Part shown: positions 1 to 7,922 of the stretch, piece after piece
Position numbering within the stretch: position 1 is the first letter of the stretch
How the letters are laid out: each line of letters begins with the position of its first letter
Origin: Rhizobium phage RL38J1
Strand: one strand, 5' to 3'
DNA: 24,000 bases
Sequence record: MN549360.1
The notes under the pieces: generated by a model
Databases searched by the model: none
Told to the model about the DNA's origin: nothing
Seen by the model: the letters and a program-made list of their open reading frames with translations, nothing else
Translations under genes and position numbers: made by a program

Positions 1-172
1 TGAGAACCTGACTGTTTGCACTTCGCGAGTTATTCCGTGCGAAGCAGAGTTTAGTCCTCTTGTCGAGAAAGTAGAGGACTGAATACCCGAGTTGATCTCC
101 GCCTCTCGGAACGTTGTCAGATGGTGCACACGATGCGAGCAGAGCGAGAAGAGCGAGAAAGACGTACTTCAT
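1..172 (-). CDS. Small lipoprotein, C-terminally truncated by window edge (MKYVFLALLALLASCAPSDNVPRGGDQLGYSVLYFLDKRTKLCFARNNSRSANSQVL...)
   Basis: Manual minus-strand translation, open to the window edge and absent from the ORF track. Signal peptide followed by lipobox LASC. Start ATG (170-172) overlaps the upstream gene stop TGA (169-171) as ATGA. Confidence 0.85.
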   Translation of the reverse strand, partial: MKYVFLALLALLASCAPSDNVPRGGDQLGYSVLYFLDKRTKLCFARNNSRSANSQVL

Positions 173-456
173 GGTGTGCGCTCCACGATGCCATTCTGGA
201 TCATAGCAGTGATGGCGAGATTGGCGATCTTGCGAAGAGCATCCAGAGCCAACTTGTTTGCGACCGGATCGGCTCCGCGAGTAACGTGAGTCATCGCTTC
301 ACGGAGATAGTCTTGGATGTAGACGAGGTACTCTGTCGTGGTATGCTCTCCACGAGTAGGAGTCGTGGTGATGTTCCACTTCTCTGCAGCGTACTCGTAC
401 TCTTCGCGAACAGCTTCCACTGCACGATTGAAGATGTTTTGTTCGTATGGTGTCAC
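169..456 (-). CDS. Conserved phage-type hypothetical protein (95 aa, GTG start VTPYEQNIF...)
   Basis: ORF 169..561. The GTG at 454-456 overlaps the stop of the upstream gene (453-455), so the first 35 aa of the track ORF are probably not translated. Confidence 0.75.
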   Translation of the reverse strand: MTPYEQNIFNRAVEAVREEYEYAAEKWNITTTPTRGEHTTTEYLVYIQDYLREAMTHVTRGADPVANKLALDALRKIANLAITAMIQNGIVERTP

Positions 457-782
457 TTGATCACCTTTCCGTTGATTGCGTCGAGGAATTCGACGAGCTC
501 GTCTTTCTTGCCTTTCGGAATTTCGACAGAGTAGATTTCGGTCGTCTTCTCTTTGCGCCACTTCCTCACGAGCTTCGCGATGTCGTAGCCGCCGTTGGAC
601 GGATCGTCTCCGGGTCCTTGGTACATGATAGGACCGAGTTCGTCTGTGTCGTAGAACTTCACAGGATCCGGTTCACCGTCAGGACGATCTTCGAAGAGAT
701 CATTGTCCCAGTACCAGTCGTCATGTGGCTCTGGCCATGCCTCTCTGAGAAAGAGGATGAGCTCACTCCCGATAATCTTCAT
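453..782 (-). CDS. Hypothetical protein (109 aa, acidic)
   Basis: Intact ORF in the operon array with short overlaps on both sides. Confidence 0.8.
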   Translation of the reverse strand: MKIIGSELILFLREAWPEPHDDWYWDNDLFEDRPDGEPDPVKFYDTDELGPIMYQGPGDDPSNGGYDIAKLVRKWRKEKTTEIYSVEIPKGKKDELVEFLDAINGKVIK

Positions 783-1101
783 TCGAATTGTCCTTCAGTT
801 TGATCTTCTTGTTAGATGCTGGCATCGATGCTAGCGCTGCATCCAGATGAGTTCCTTCTCGGATCTGACGAAGACGATACTCAGTATCGCTGATGTCCAT
901 CACTTCACCAGACCAGATCTTCACGATAGCCACCGTGTCTTCGTCTCGGACAGCAGGAAAGTTCACTCCGATCGCTTTCGCGATTGTCTGGAGTTCAGGC
1001 TTATCATGCCACCATCCGACGAGATTGTGTCCAGGCTGATCGTAGTTGTTGTCGACGCTGAACAGAACCCAGATGTTGCTCTTAACCTTTGAAGTACTCA
1101 A
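763..1101 (-). CDS. Hypothetical protein (112 aa)
   Basis: Intact ORF collinear with its neighbours, with short overlaps. Confidence 0.8.
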   Translation of the reverse strand: MSTSKVKSNIWVLFSVDNNYDQPGHNLVGWWHDKPELQTIAKAIGVNFPAVRDEDTVAIVKIWSGEVMDISDTEYRLRQIREGTHLDAALASMPASNKKIKLKDNSNEDYRE

Positions 1102-1687
1102 GTTCGCTGTCCTTTAGAATTAGGTCATGATTGACTGTATCATAACCTGGTGAACGATTAGAAACTGTTTTGCCGAGTACGAGCTTCAAAGTTTGAAGCG
1201 TGACGTTGTAATCACCTTCGTGCTGAATTGCTCGACCGCCTGCTTCGATCCAAGGATCGAGGTTCTTCTTGAAGTCGTCGATGAGGACGTCTCCTTTGTA
1301 TCGAAGAAACAGGTACTTCTGCTTTCCAGCAGGAGAGAACGTCAGATGCAGATCTTGGTTCAGGTGTGTGCGAACTGCCTTGATCTTCTGTTGAGCCACG
1401 TTCTCGAAATCTGATCGTCCGCACGCACTGAGGAACTTCAGATCGTATGCGTACGGCTTGATCCACCTGTATTCGTGGTTCAGATCGTCGACGTACTTCT
1501 TGAGATCGTCGAGGAACTTGACAGCTCCGTCGAACAGCGGAAGTTCAGCAAAGAAGTTGCCGTGCTTCTTGATTTTCTTGTTGAGGACGTTGTCGTCTTC
1601 GTCTTTCGCAGTAACTCCGAACGTGTCGTAGTAGTGCCTTTCGAAGTCGAAGAAAACTCCGTCAAGGTCAAGATTGATAGTGGTCAT
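1082..1687 (-). CDS. HAD-superfamily, 5'(3')-deoxyribonucleotidase-like protein
   Basis: N-terminal DLDGVFFDF (DxDG), mid 'LSACGRSDFEN...K', late 'GDVLIDDFKKNL' (motif IV-like DD). Confidence 0.8.
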   Translation of the reverse strand: MTTINLDLDGVFFDFERHYYDTFGVTAKDEDDNVLNKKIKKHGNFFAELPLFDGAVKFLDDLKKYVDDLNHEYRWIKPYAYDLKFLSACGRSDFENVAQQKIKAVRTHLNQDLHLTFSPAGKQKYLFLRYKGDVLIDDFKKNLDPWIEAGGRAIQHEGDYNVTLQTLKLVLGKTVSNRSPGYDTVNHDLILKDSELEYFKG

Positions 1688-1749
1688 CGTTTAACTCCGT
1701 GGACCACAGAAGACCACCACGGATCTTCTGAGCATTTGACATATGATTA

Positions 1750-1908
1750 TTAATCCAGGAGGTCGTCTTCCGCCATGGACTTCTTTAGAGTATCGATCTT
1801 CTTGCAAAGATCTGCACGGATCTGGAAGAATTCCGGTGTGAGATCCTTCCGCTTGTCGTGTTCGTCAAGCTCGTGCTGAAGATTCCAGAGTGCATCCTGT
1901 CTCGTCAT
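1750..1908 (-). CDS. Small protein, 52 aa (MTRQDALWNLQHELDEHDKRKDLTPEFFQIRADLCKKIDTLKKSMAEDDLLD)
   Basis: Manual translation; SD-like AGGGG upstream; first gene after the 1939-1967 promoter. Below the ORF-track length cutoff. Confidence 0.75.
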   Translation of the reverse strand: MTRQDALWNLQHELDEHDKRKDLTPEFFQIRADLCKKIDTLKKSMAEDDLLD

Positions 1909-1938
1909 GTCTGAACCCCTGTAACAGTTGATGATTAG

Positions 1939-1967
1939 TTTGTATCACACTCGACACAAACGTGAAA
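1939..1967 (-). promoter_or_regulatory. Putative phage promoter TTTCAC-17-TACAAA
   Basis: -35 at 1962-1967 and -10 at 1939-1944; matches the recurring promoter family in the window. Confidence 0.65.
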
Positions 1968-1969
1968 CT

Positions 1970-1999
1970 AAAAGAGGTGCACGATTTCTCGTACACCTC
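1970..1999 (-). terminator. Intrinsic terminator after the VWA gene
   Basis: Minus-strand RNA GAGGUGUACGA-GAAA-UCGUGCACCUC-UUUU: 11-bp stem with one G.U pair, GNRA-type loop and U tract. Confidence 0.85.
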
Positions 2000-2008
2000 C
2001 AGAGTTCA

Positions 2009-4246
2009 TCAAATGTAGACAGTTTTCAGATCGTTCCGAAGAACAATCGTGTGATCGTCGTAGTCAGCGGTGTACTCACCTTTGTCGTTCGGAACCAGTC
2101 CGTGGAAGAAATCGTTGGTGAGGACCTTTGCTAGCTTGATGATGTTGACCTGGTTTCGAAGCATCTGGAGTGTCTTCTTGGTGTCGGCGATCTGATCTTC
2201 GATGAACTTGACGAATTTCAGAGTCGGATGCCTATCATCGTGTCCAGCGATCTGGATCAGACCTTGGAGGAAGCCGTAGTAGTCGACCATCATCTTGCCA
2301 GGAACGTTTGCCACCTTCGTACCAGCAAGCATCTTCTTGAAGTCGGCGATCGTCGGAAGACTCGATGCACCTTTCACGTAGAAGCTCAGAGTCCGTGCGT
2401 CGTAGCTGTCAGATTCTTCTGCTTTCGCACGTTCGACCGATACGCCGTTGTACCAGCCTTGCTTCGAGATGCCATGCTCTTGGAGAACGGTGATCTGGTC
2501 TGCGGTGTAGGTCTTGAAGTTCTGAGTCTTCGAGAATGTTGCAGACTTTTCTACAGTCTCGTCGTAGACGTTGTTGAGCACCTTCAGAGCTGCTTCGTGC
2601 TTCGCGATCTCGATCGTGTAGGCGCAGAGTTCGTCGAGGTTCACAGAGCCGTCGATGTAGGTACGATTGATGATCGGAATGCTTCGGAGATCGATGACGA
2701 CTCTATGCCCATCATCTCCGTAGTGAGACAAGGCTTCAAACTTAAGCTTCGAAAGTTCACTGAGTTTGGTATACACAGAATCAGAGACGATGAATTCAGC
2801 TTCATCCATGTTCAGCTGGCCATCCTTGACGATCGTGTGATTGCGGAAGATCTTCGTCTTGAAGACCGGATCGAGTCCGACGCGTTCAGCAGACTTCGGA
2901 TTGAGCTTCACGGAGCCGTTGATCGAAAACTGGATCGAGAGGTTCAAGAGGTCCTTGTTCCACACGAAGTCACGGATCGGAGTGACGACTTCTTCCTGAT
3001 CAGAGACGAAGACGTTGTGAGTGTCGACGGACTGACGATTGATGCGCTTGTAGCTCTTCACGTTGTCGGAGAACGGTACATAAGACACGTTTCCGTCCTC
3101 GAAGAAGATTTCGAAGAGATCGATCAGGCAGAATGCGTCCTTCTTCGGTAGGTAGCCAGGAGCCACTCGTCCGTCGACGTAGCGATTGCGAGCATCGAGA
3201 TCTGCATCACGAAGTGCTTCCTGTGCTTCAGCGACTTCGTCAGTCGTGAACGCATTGATCATCTTGTCAGCGATGAACTTGTCGCCGATGTTGTTGACGA
3301 TGACATCGAGAGCCTTCTGGCGTTCACCTCGATAGTACAGCTGATCAGCGTACGCGTAGAGGAAGTTCTGGACTCGTTCAGGATCTTCTTTTTGAGTGAT
3401 CGTCTTCGCATCGATGACTTCGCCATTGGCGTAGACAGTCGAAGGTTCTTCAGTGATCACGAAGATCCGGTTCTCTTCTGCATTCAACCTGTTGAGAGTG
3501 AGAGTCTGGCGACGAGAGGTTCGTACGTCACCGCCGAGATACAAGATCTCGGAATGGTCAGCATCGATCTCCACATTCGACGGACGAAGACCGGAAGCTA
3601 CACTGACAGTGTCTCCGAAGAGCTGTGCGAAGTTATGGAGGCTGCGGCTGTGGATGAACGTGCCATGACCAGAGACGTCAGAGAGCTGCTGGAGAAAGTC
3701 TCGGCGATAGTAGTTGCCGAAGCCGATCGAGTTCACAGCAGAAACGTTGATCTGATTGGCGAGGTTGGAGAGCGTTACGAGAGAACGCGTGAGCTCTTCG
3801 TCGTACGACCAGGAAACGACAGGGCAGCCATCGGTGAGAAGTGTGATCGAAGTCTGATCGACTTTGTACGCGTTACCAGCTGCGATCGAAGCGACCGTTT
3901 CGAGAGGTTCGGAGAAGCAGGTGGCACCGACGACCGAACGATACTTGTCGAGGACAGGACCGATGTCCTTCGTCTCCCGGCTAGCAGCTTCGACGATGAC
4001 GCCGTGGCTGTTCTGGCCGGAGTACCAGAGAACGGAGAGAAGATCACCAGTGCCTCGGATGAAGTCGATGAATTCCTTCGACTGATCGATTGCTTCGTCG
4101 ATCGAAGTGTACATCGAACCGGAGCGATCGATCAAGACGATGTGGTGGGTACGCGGAATGTCTTTCGATTCAGAAGGGCTCGGATCGATGGAAGTCACGT
4201 AGACTGGCTTCCCACCGACTGTCACCCTGAACTTGTTTGCTTGCAT
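2009..4246 (-). CDS. Large von Willebrand factor A domain protein (745 aa)
   Basis: HIVLIDRSGSMYTS MIDAS motif (DxSxS), later 'ITLLTDGCPV' and 'NSIGFGNYYRRDFLQQLSDVSGHGTFIHS'; one long ORF. Confidence 0.9.
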   Translation of the reverse strand: MQANKFRVTVGGKPVYVTSIDPSPSESKDIPRTHHIVLIDRSGSMYTSIDEAIDQSKEFIDFIRGTGDLLSVLWYSGQNSHGVIVEAASRETKDIGPVLDKYRSVVGATCFSEPLETVASIAAGNAYKVDQTSITLLTDGCPVVSWSYDEELTRSLVTLSNLANQINVSAVNSIGFGNYYRRDFLQQLSDVSGHGTFIHSRSLHNFAQLFGDTVSVASGLRPSNVEIDADHSEILYLGGDVRTSRRQTLTLNRLNAEENRIFVITEEPSTVYANGEVIDAKTITQKEDPERVQNFLYAYADQLYYRGERQKALDVIVNNIGDKFIADKMINAFTTDEVAEAQEALRDADLDARNRYVDGRVAPGYLPKKDAFCLIDLFEIFFEDGNVSYVPFSDNVKSYKRINRQSVDTHNVFVSDQEEVVTPIRDFVWNKDLLNLSIQFSINGSVKLNPKSAERVGLDPVFKTKIFRNHTIVKDGQLNMDEAEFIVSDSVYTKLSELSKLKFEALSHYGDDGHRVVIDLRSIPIINRTYIDGSVNLDELCAYTIEIAKHEAALKVLNNVYDETVEKSATFSKTQNFKTYTADQITVLQEHGISKQGWYNGVSVERAKAEESDSYDARTLSFYVKGASSLPTIADFKKMLAGTKVANVPGKMMVDYYGFLQGLIQIAGHDDRHPTLKFVKFIEDQIADTKKTLQMLRNQVNIIKLAKVLTNDFFHGLVPNDKGEYTADYDDHTIVLRNDLKTVYI

Positions 4247-4320
4247 GTGAGGTTCCTTTGTTGTTGGACTGTGGATGCAGAACGAACGCAGAAACAGAGT
4301 TCTACGTTCGAATTGGAGTC

Positions 4321-4437
4321 TTAATAGCTTTCAGGACGATAGGACATGTACACAATGAATGCGTACGCGGTTGCGACTGAGATCAGATAAATCCAGCCAT
4401 GGTGTGCTTTGATAAATCGGCGGAATTTATCGAGCAT
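4321..4437 (-). CDS. Small single-pass membrane protein, 38 aa (MLDKFRRFIKAHHGWIYLISVATAYAFIVYMSYRPESY)
   Basis: Manual translation; SD AAGAGGAAAAG upstream; one hydrophobic helix; directly downstream of a promoter-family site. Confidence 0.7.
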   Translation of the reverse strand: MLDKFRRFIKAHHGWIYLISVATAYAFIVYMSYRPESY

Positions 4438-4467
4438 GATCTTTTCCTCTTAATTCATACAAGTAAG

Positions 4468-4496
4468 TTCTAACACAATTCTTTCTTACTTAGAAA
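4468..4496 (-). promoter_or_regulatory. Putative promoter TTTCTA-17-TTAGAA
   Basis: -35 4491-4496, -10 4468-4473; weaker family match. Confidence 0.4.
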
Positions 4497-4689
4497 CTGA
4501 ATGTTTTGTATGAATGCTGGCGATGAACTTCTTTCGTTCTTCGAGGTGATCGACGAGCCAGATAGGAAGATTTCCGTCTCTTCCGTAGACCATCTTGATG
4601 CCTTCGATGCATTCGTCGAAGCCGTTGACGATGCCTTGAGCGTAAGCTTCGTCTTCCTCTGGTGTTCTTCCTGTTCCAGGCTTGTTCAC
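4486..4689 (-). CDS. Hypothetical protein (67 aa)
   Basis: ORF with an overlapping junction to the upstream gene. Confidence 0.75.
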   Translation of the reverse strand: MNKPGTGRTPEEDEAYAQGIVNGFDECIEGIKMVYGRDGNLPIWLVDHLEERKKFIASIHTKHSVSK

Positions 4690-5081
4690 TTGTTGCGCTC
4701 CCGTGTCAGCATCGACTTCATTGTCTTCATCGCTTTCTCGTATGCTTCTGGTTCGTCAAAGTTACGAGGATCCTGGTGCTTGATCTCTTCTTTGAGAGCG
4801 GTCAGTTTTGTCGAGAACATGCCGTATCGACTCGGAGCGATGTTGAACCAATCGTCGGTCTGAAACCTGCTGAGTTTCTTTCGTGTCCATGGAGGCACTG
4901 GTCGCAGCCAACCGAAGTCTCCAGCTTTCTTGGAGCGCTTGCCGTATGTGCAGTCGAGTTTGACCACAGCGTATGCCCACTTGCCACGGACAGTGACGAT
5001 GTGCCATTCCCAGAACTCGATCTTGCCGGTCGTTTCATCGGCCATGATTTCGTAGAAGATCTTGCCGAGCTTAATCTCCAC
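4686..5081 (-). CDS. Hypothetical protein (131 aa)
   Basis: ORF collinear with neighbours; overlaps both. Confidence 0.75.
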   Translation of the reverse strand: MEIKLGKIFYEIMADETTGKIEFWEWHIVTVRGKWAYAVVKLDCTYGKRSKKAGDFGWLRPVPPWTRKKLSRFQTDDWFNIAPSRYGMFSTKLTALKEEIKHQDPRNFDEPEAYEKAMKTMKSMLTRERNK

Positions 5082-5367
5082 TGACTTTTCCTTTCATCAG
5101 GTCGTAGATGTTGACGTAAGTGATGCTTCCGTCAGCAAGACCTTCGTCAAGTTTCTTGTCGAATTCTCTCTTCTGTTGATCAGTAGGATAGTATCGACGA
5201 AGGACTCGCCTGAACTGATCCACGAGCTTCTTGGCTTCGACGACAGCGATGTCTGTCGAACCTTTCGGATATGAGTCGATGAAGCTGTTCTCGTAATCGA
5301 TCGCATGGTGAAGTGCGAGATAGATCACACGCTTGTCTGTCATATTCGTCATATGAAGACTCTCCAT
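5071..5367 (-). CDS. Hypothetical protein (up to 98 aa; true start may be an internal Met)
   Basis: Intact ORF in the array. Confidence 0.75.
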   Translation of the reverse strand: MESLHMTNMTDKRVIYLALHHAIDYENSFIDSYPKGSTDIAVVEAKKLVDQFRRVLRRYYPTDQQKREFDKKLDEGLADGSITYVNIYDLMKGKVSGD

Positions 5368-5552
5368 CCTTTTACGAGAATGCCTACTCCAAGCAGCTCA
5401 CAGCCGGTCAAGAACATGAGATACCAGATCGACATCGGTTGTTGAGTGATCGCATTCACTTGTGCATTCATCTCAGCCATTGATCCGACGAAACCTGTCC
5501 ATGCTATGATACCAGCAGAGAATAGCAGAGTCGTCAGAAACTTGTTGAACAT
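5349..5552 (-). CDS. Small membrane protein, two predicted helices (67 aa)
   Basis: FLTTLLFSAGIIAWTGFVGSM and IWYLMFLTGCELLGVGILV hydrophobic segments; SD CACGGAG upstream. Confidence 0.75.
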   Translation of the reverse strand: MFNKFLTTLLFSAGIIAWTGFVGSMAEMNAQVNAITQQPMSIWYLMFLTGCELLGVGILVKGWRVFI

Positions 5553-5553
5553 G

Positions 5554-5778
5554 TCAGTTGCTCTCCGTGTTGAAATCGAGGATGAACGGTTTCTCTCCTC
5601 CGAAGAAGAGGTAGTTCCAGTTCGCTACGTCGTACTCTGCACGACCTTTGATCTTGTGCTTGTGAGGTGTGATCTCTCGATCTTCGACCTGGATGCTGAC
5701 GTAAAAGTCTGTTGATCCATCAGACAGTTTCATCGGCTTGACCGAAACCTTCGGTTCACATACGGATTTCGATGACAT
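5554..5778 (-). CDS. Hypothetical protein (74 aa, MSSKSVCEPKVSVKPMKLSDG...)
   Basis: 3' part of ORF 5554..6309; ATG at 5776-5778 preceded by GGAG; short overlap with the upstream gene. Confidence 0.7.
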   Translation of the reverse strand: MSSKSVCEPKVSVKPMKLSDGSTDFYVSIQVEDREITPHKHKIKGRAEYDVANWNYLFFGGEKPFILDFNTESN

Positions 5779-6274
5779 CTTCGATTCTCCTCTTGGAAGT
5801 TTGCTTATTGGAAACGTACCAGATCGGATCGAGTGTGACACCGTTCTTGATAACCCATGCATGGTCGTGGTTGCAGACGAGATACGTCTTGGTCTTGTCG
5901 CAGAGATGGGAGTTCTTGAACTGTGTTTCCGTAAGGTACTTCGGAACCATTGTCCAAAATTTGCAGTAGCCATCATCAACAAACTTTCTCTCGTAACGCA
6001 CGGTGAGCTTGTCAGCGTGATGGATGTAGGTGACTCGAAGACGATTGAGGATCTTCCTAATGACGTGGAGCGGAGTTCCAGTCGATTGCCATCTGCTCGG
6101 AGTGATCTCCAGAGAAGCTTGCTGATAGATGAACTCTTTCGGGAGTCCAGTGGAGAGAGCGATAGCAACCATCGCACAGGATTTCGGACCGAAGTAGTTG
6201 AACCATTCTCTGTGAGTAGGAAGTTCGACTGGAACTGTTTCTCGCGAGAATGAAAGAAACTTATTCGATGACAT
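5756..6274 (-). CDS. Putative papain-like/transglutaminase-fold protein, paralog 1 (172 aa)
   Basis: N-term 'FGPKSCAMVAIALSTG' plus C-term 'TYLVCNHDHAWVIKNGVTLDPIWYVSNKQTSKRRIEDVIEI'; C-terminal module shared with 6954..7424 and 11028..11474. Confidence 0.55.
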   Translation of the reverse strand: MSSNKFLSFSRETVPVELPTHREWFNYFGPKSCAMVAIALSTGLPKEFIYQQASLEITPSRWQSTGTPLHVIRKILNRLRVTYIHHADKLTVRYERKFVDDGYCKFWTMVPKYLTETQFKNSHLCDKTKTYLVCNHDHAWVIKNGVTLDPIWYVSNKQTSKRRIEDVIEIRM

Positions 6275-6285
6275 TTTAGAATCGC

Positions 6286-6336
6286 TCCGTGATTTGTTAT
6301 TAGAATCATACTAACACCAAATCACGGAAACGTAAA
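6286..6336 (-). promoter_or_regulatory. Putative promoter TTTACG-17-TAGTAT with an inverted repeat reaching the SD
   Basis: -35 6331-6336, -10 6308-6313; 11-bp perfect inverted repeat 6286-6296/6318-6328; SD CGGAG in the 3' arm. Confidence 0.7.
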
Positions 6337-6352
6337 CTAGAAAGTTGTAGTT

Positions 6353-6691
6353 TCAGAAATCGACATGTGGTGCACCAGGCTTCGGATCCCAGGAGAGGAC
6401 TCGCCAGCCAGCAGGCACGTAATGCACGAGCCCGTAGGCATCGATGACGGTATGCGCACCGGACTCACGGACGTGAAGAGCGATCGGATTTTCGATGAGG
6501 AATTCGAAGTCGTCATCGTAGGTATACACGCGGCAGTCTTCAGACTCGAGACTGCTGAAGTCCATGGACTCCGGAACTCGGATCTCGTCGAATGTGATCT
6601 CCTTGATGGCCTTTTCGTATTCGACAGCATTGTCGTAGTAATCGAAATCTGTGCCGTCGTGTGCAGTCCAAACTGTTTTTGCTACAGGCAT
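6353..6691 (-). CDS. Hypothetical protein (112 aa, MPVAKTVWTAHDG...)
   Basis: ORF 6353..6754; internal ATG preceded by AAAGGAGACTGAC is the probable start. Confidence 0.8.
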   Translation of the reverse strand: MPVAKTVWTAHDGTDFDYYDNAVEYEKAIKEITFDEIRVPESMDFSSLESEDCRVYTYDDDFEFLIENPIALHVRESGAHTVIDAYGLVHYVPAGWRVLSWDPKPGAPHVDF

Positions 6692-6692
6692 G

Positions 6693-6951
6693 TCAGTCTC
6701 CTTTGAGGTTTGTTTTACTTGCTGCGAAGGCTTCGGTGACATAGAGCACATCACCGATCTGGACTCCGTACTCGTCGGCGATCCAGTAGTCTAAGCGAGT
6801 CCTTCTTCTTGCGTCGAAGAACAGGTCTCTCGTGTTGTCCGAGTTCTTTCCAGGTTTCCTCGATGGAATCCCAGACGGAGTCGAGCGACGCAAAGAAGAA
6901 AACGAGAGCGATGTCCTTCTCTCTGAACATAGAGACTTTGTAGATAGCCAT
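6693..6951 (-). CDS. Small protein split over two frames (MAIYKVSMFREKDIALVFFFASLDSVWDSIEETWKEL... / ...DLFFDARRRTRLDYWIADEYGVQIGDVLYVTEAFAASKTNLKGD)
   Basis: Frame of ORF 6751..7020 (start ATG 6949-6951) looks coding at its 5' end. The +1 frame of ORF 6693..6893 looks coding at its 3' end. Confidence 0.4.
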
Positions 6952-6953
6952 GA

Positions 6954-7424
6954 TCAAGCCACAATTTCGAGGATGGCAGCGAGTCGACGACGTGAATTCT
7001 GTTTGTTCGGAACGATCCAAGTAGGATCGACAGACTTCTTGTCGTGGATCAACCAGACGTGATCCCGTGAGACGACGATGTAGGTCTTCTCTGGTTTGGC
7101 GACATTCGCGATGAAATCTTTCTCAGTCTTCTTCGTATGCAATTGGTCGGTGTAGTGGGTGTCGTTCTTGAGAACAGACGTGATACTGAGATCCTTGAAT
7201 TCGATCTCTCTGTGCTTGAGGACCGCTTTGATCTCCTTCATCGTCAGACCGATTTTCTTCCAGTAGTCGGTCTTCACCACCTCTGGGATCACCTCTTCCA
7301 GCAGCGTTTTCTCGTCGACACCGATCAGGTGTGCGAGGGCGATGAACGATGACGGAGCCTTCGTAGTCCCTGTAATGAGTGGAAAGTCTTCGACAGAGGA
7401 CTCGATGTTGATGGCTAGTGTCAT
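6954..7424 (-). CDS. Papain-like module protein, paralog 2 (156 aa)
   Basis: C-term 'KTYIVVSRDHVWLIHDKKSVDPTWIVPNKQNSRRRLAAILEIVA' matches the other two paralogs. The aligned N-terminal segment 'TKAPSSFIALAHLIG' has Ser instead of Cys. Confidence 0.6.
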   Translation of the reverse strand: MTLAINIESSVEDFPLITGTTKAPSSFIALAHLIGVDEKTLLEEVIPEVVKTDYWKKIGLTMKEIKAVLKHREIEFKDLSITSVLKNDTHYTDQLHTKKTEKDFIANVAKPEKTYIVVSRDHVWLIHDKKSVDPTWIVPNKQNSRRRLAAILEIVA

Positions 7425-7457
7425 GATGTGGTACTCCTTTCAGTTCTCGATAAGTTA

Positions 7458-7486
7458 GTTGTAAACTAAGCCCATCAAACTGTAAA
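7458..7486 (-). promoter_or_regulatory. Putative promoter TTTACA-17-TACAAC
   Basis: -35 7481-7486, -10 7458-7463; upstream CTTTCTTG conserved. Confidence 0.6.
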
Positions 7487-7498
7487 CAAGAAAGTGAC

Positions 7499-7518
7499 GA
7501 GAGGACCGAAATCCTCTC
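7499..7518 (-). terminator. Hairpin downstream of 7531..7896, possible terminator
   Basis: GAGAGGA-6 nt-TCCTCTC perfect 7-bp stem, 12 nt past the stop codon; no strong U tract. Confidence 0.45.
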
Positions 7519-7530
7519 ATCGGTTCAGAC

Positions 7531-7896
7531 TCAAGCCTTGACTTCCCACTCTTGCTTCCGGACTTCGCGACGGACGTTCTGACCGTACTCACGAGCGTTC
7601 AGAAGCGTGTTGGCGAAGCGACGAAGTGTTGCAGCAAGCGACATGCGATCGCTCTGTTCTCTGCGCGGATGGTACTCGCCGATGACTGTGTTCTGCTTCT
7701 GAGAAGCGATGTAGTTGGAGACGTTCTGGTAGAACTGTTTCCAGACGTTGACCCAGTCGATGTATTCCTCGTGAGTCATCTCGTGAAAATTGACGAGGAC
7801 GACACCGAGAAGCTTGTCAGCGAGGAAGCCGATCTGAGCTGCACGGTTCAACTCGTGAGGGGTGTATGCGTTGGCGCGATAGGTAGTCGTAGTCAT
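7531..7896 (-). CDS. Hypothetical protein (121 aa, MTTTTYRANAYTPHELNRAAQ...)
   Basis: ORF 7531..7983; internal ATG preceded by GGAAGGAAG. Confidence 0.8.
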   Translation of the reverse strand: MTTTTYRANAYTPHELNRAAQIGFLADKLLGVVLVNFHEMTHEEYIDWVNVWKQFYQNVSNYIASQKQNTVIGEYHPRREQSDRMSLAATLRRFANTLLNAREYGQNVRREVRKQEWEVKA

Positions 7897-7922
7897 GGTT
7901 CTTCCTTCCTGTGGATTGGTGG

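Noticed and set aside
21-80. Two perfect inverted repeats (CTTCGC/GCGAAG at 21-44 and AGTCCTCT/AGAGGACT at 53-80)
   Set aside because: Both lie inside the lipoprotein coding region and lack a U tract, so they are not supported as terminators.
1707-1740. Inverted repeat CAGAAGA...TCTTCTG in the leader of the HAD nucleotidase gene
   Set aside because: It is a short 7-bp stem with a 10-nt loop and overlaps alternative pairings; too weak alone to call a riboswitch or terminator.
2228-4324. Long plus-strand ORFs (307 aa and 310 aa) antisense to the VWA gene
   Set aside because: The minus-strand ORF has clear domain motifs. The antisense ORFs have Arg/Val/Asp-rich mirror composition with no recognisable motif and are explained by codon usage avoiding TTA/CTA/TCA.
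4247-4330. Possible promoter upstream of the VWA gene (TTTCTG box near 4290)
   Set aside because: No convincing -10 at 17 bp; left out of the promoter family.
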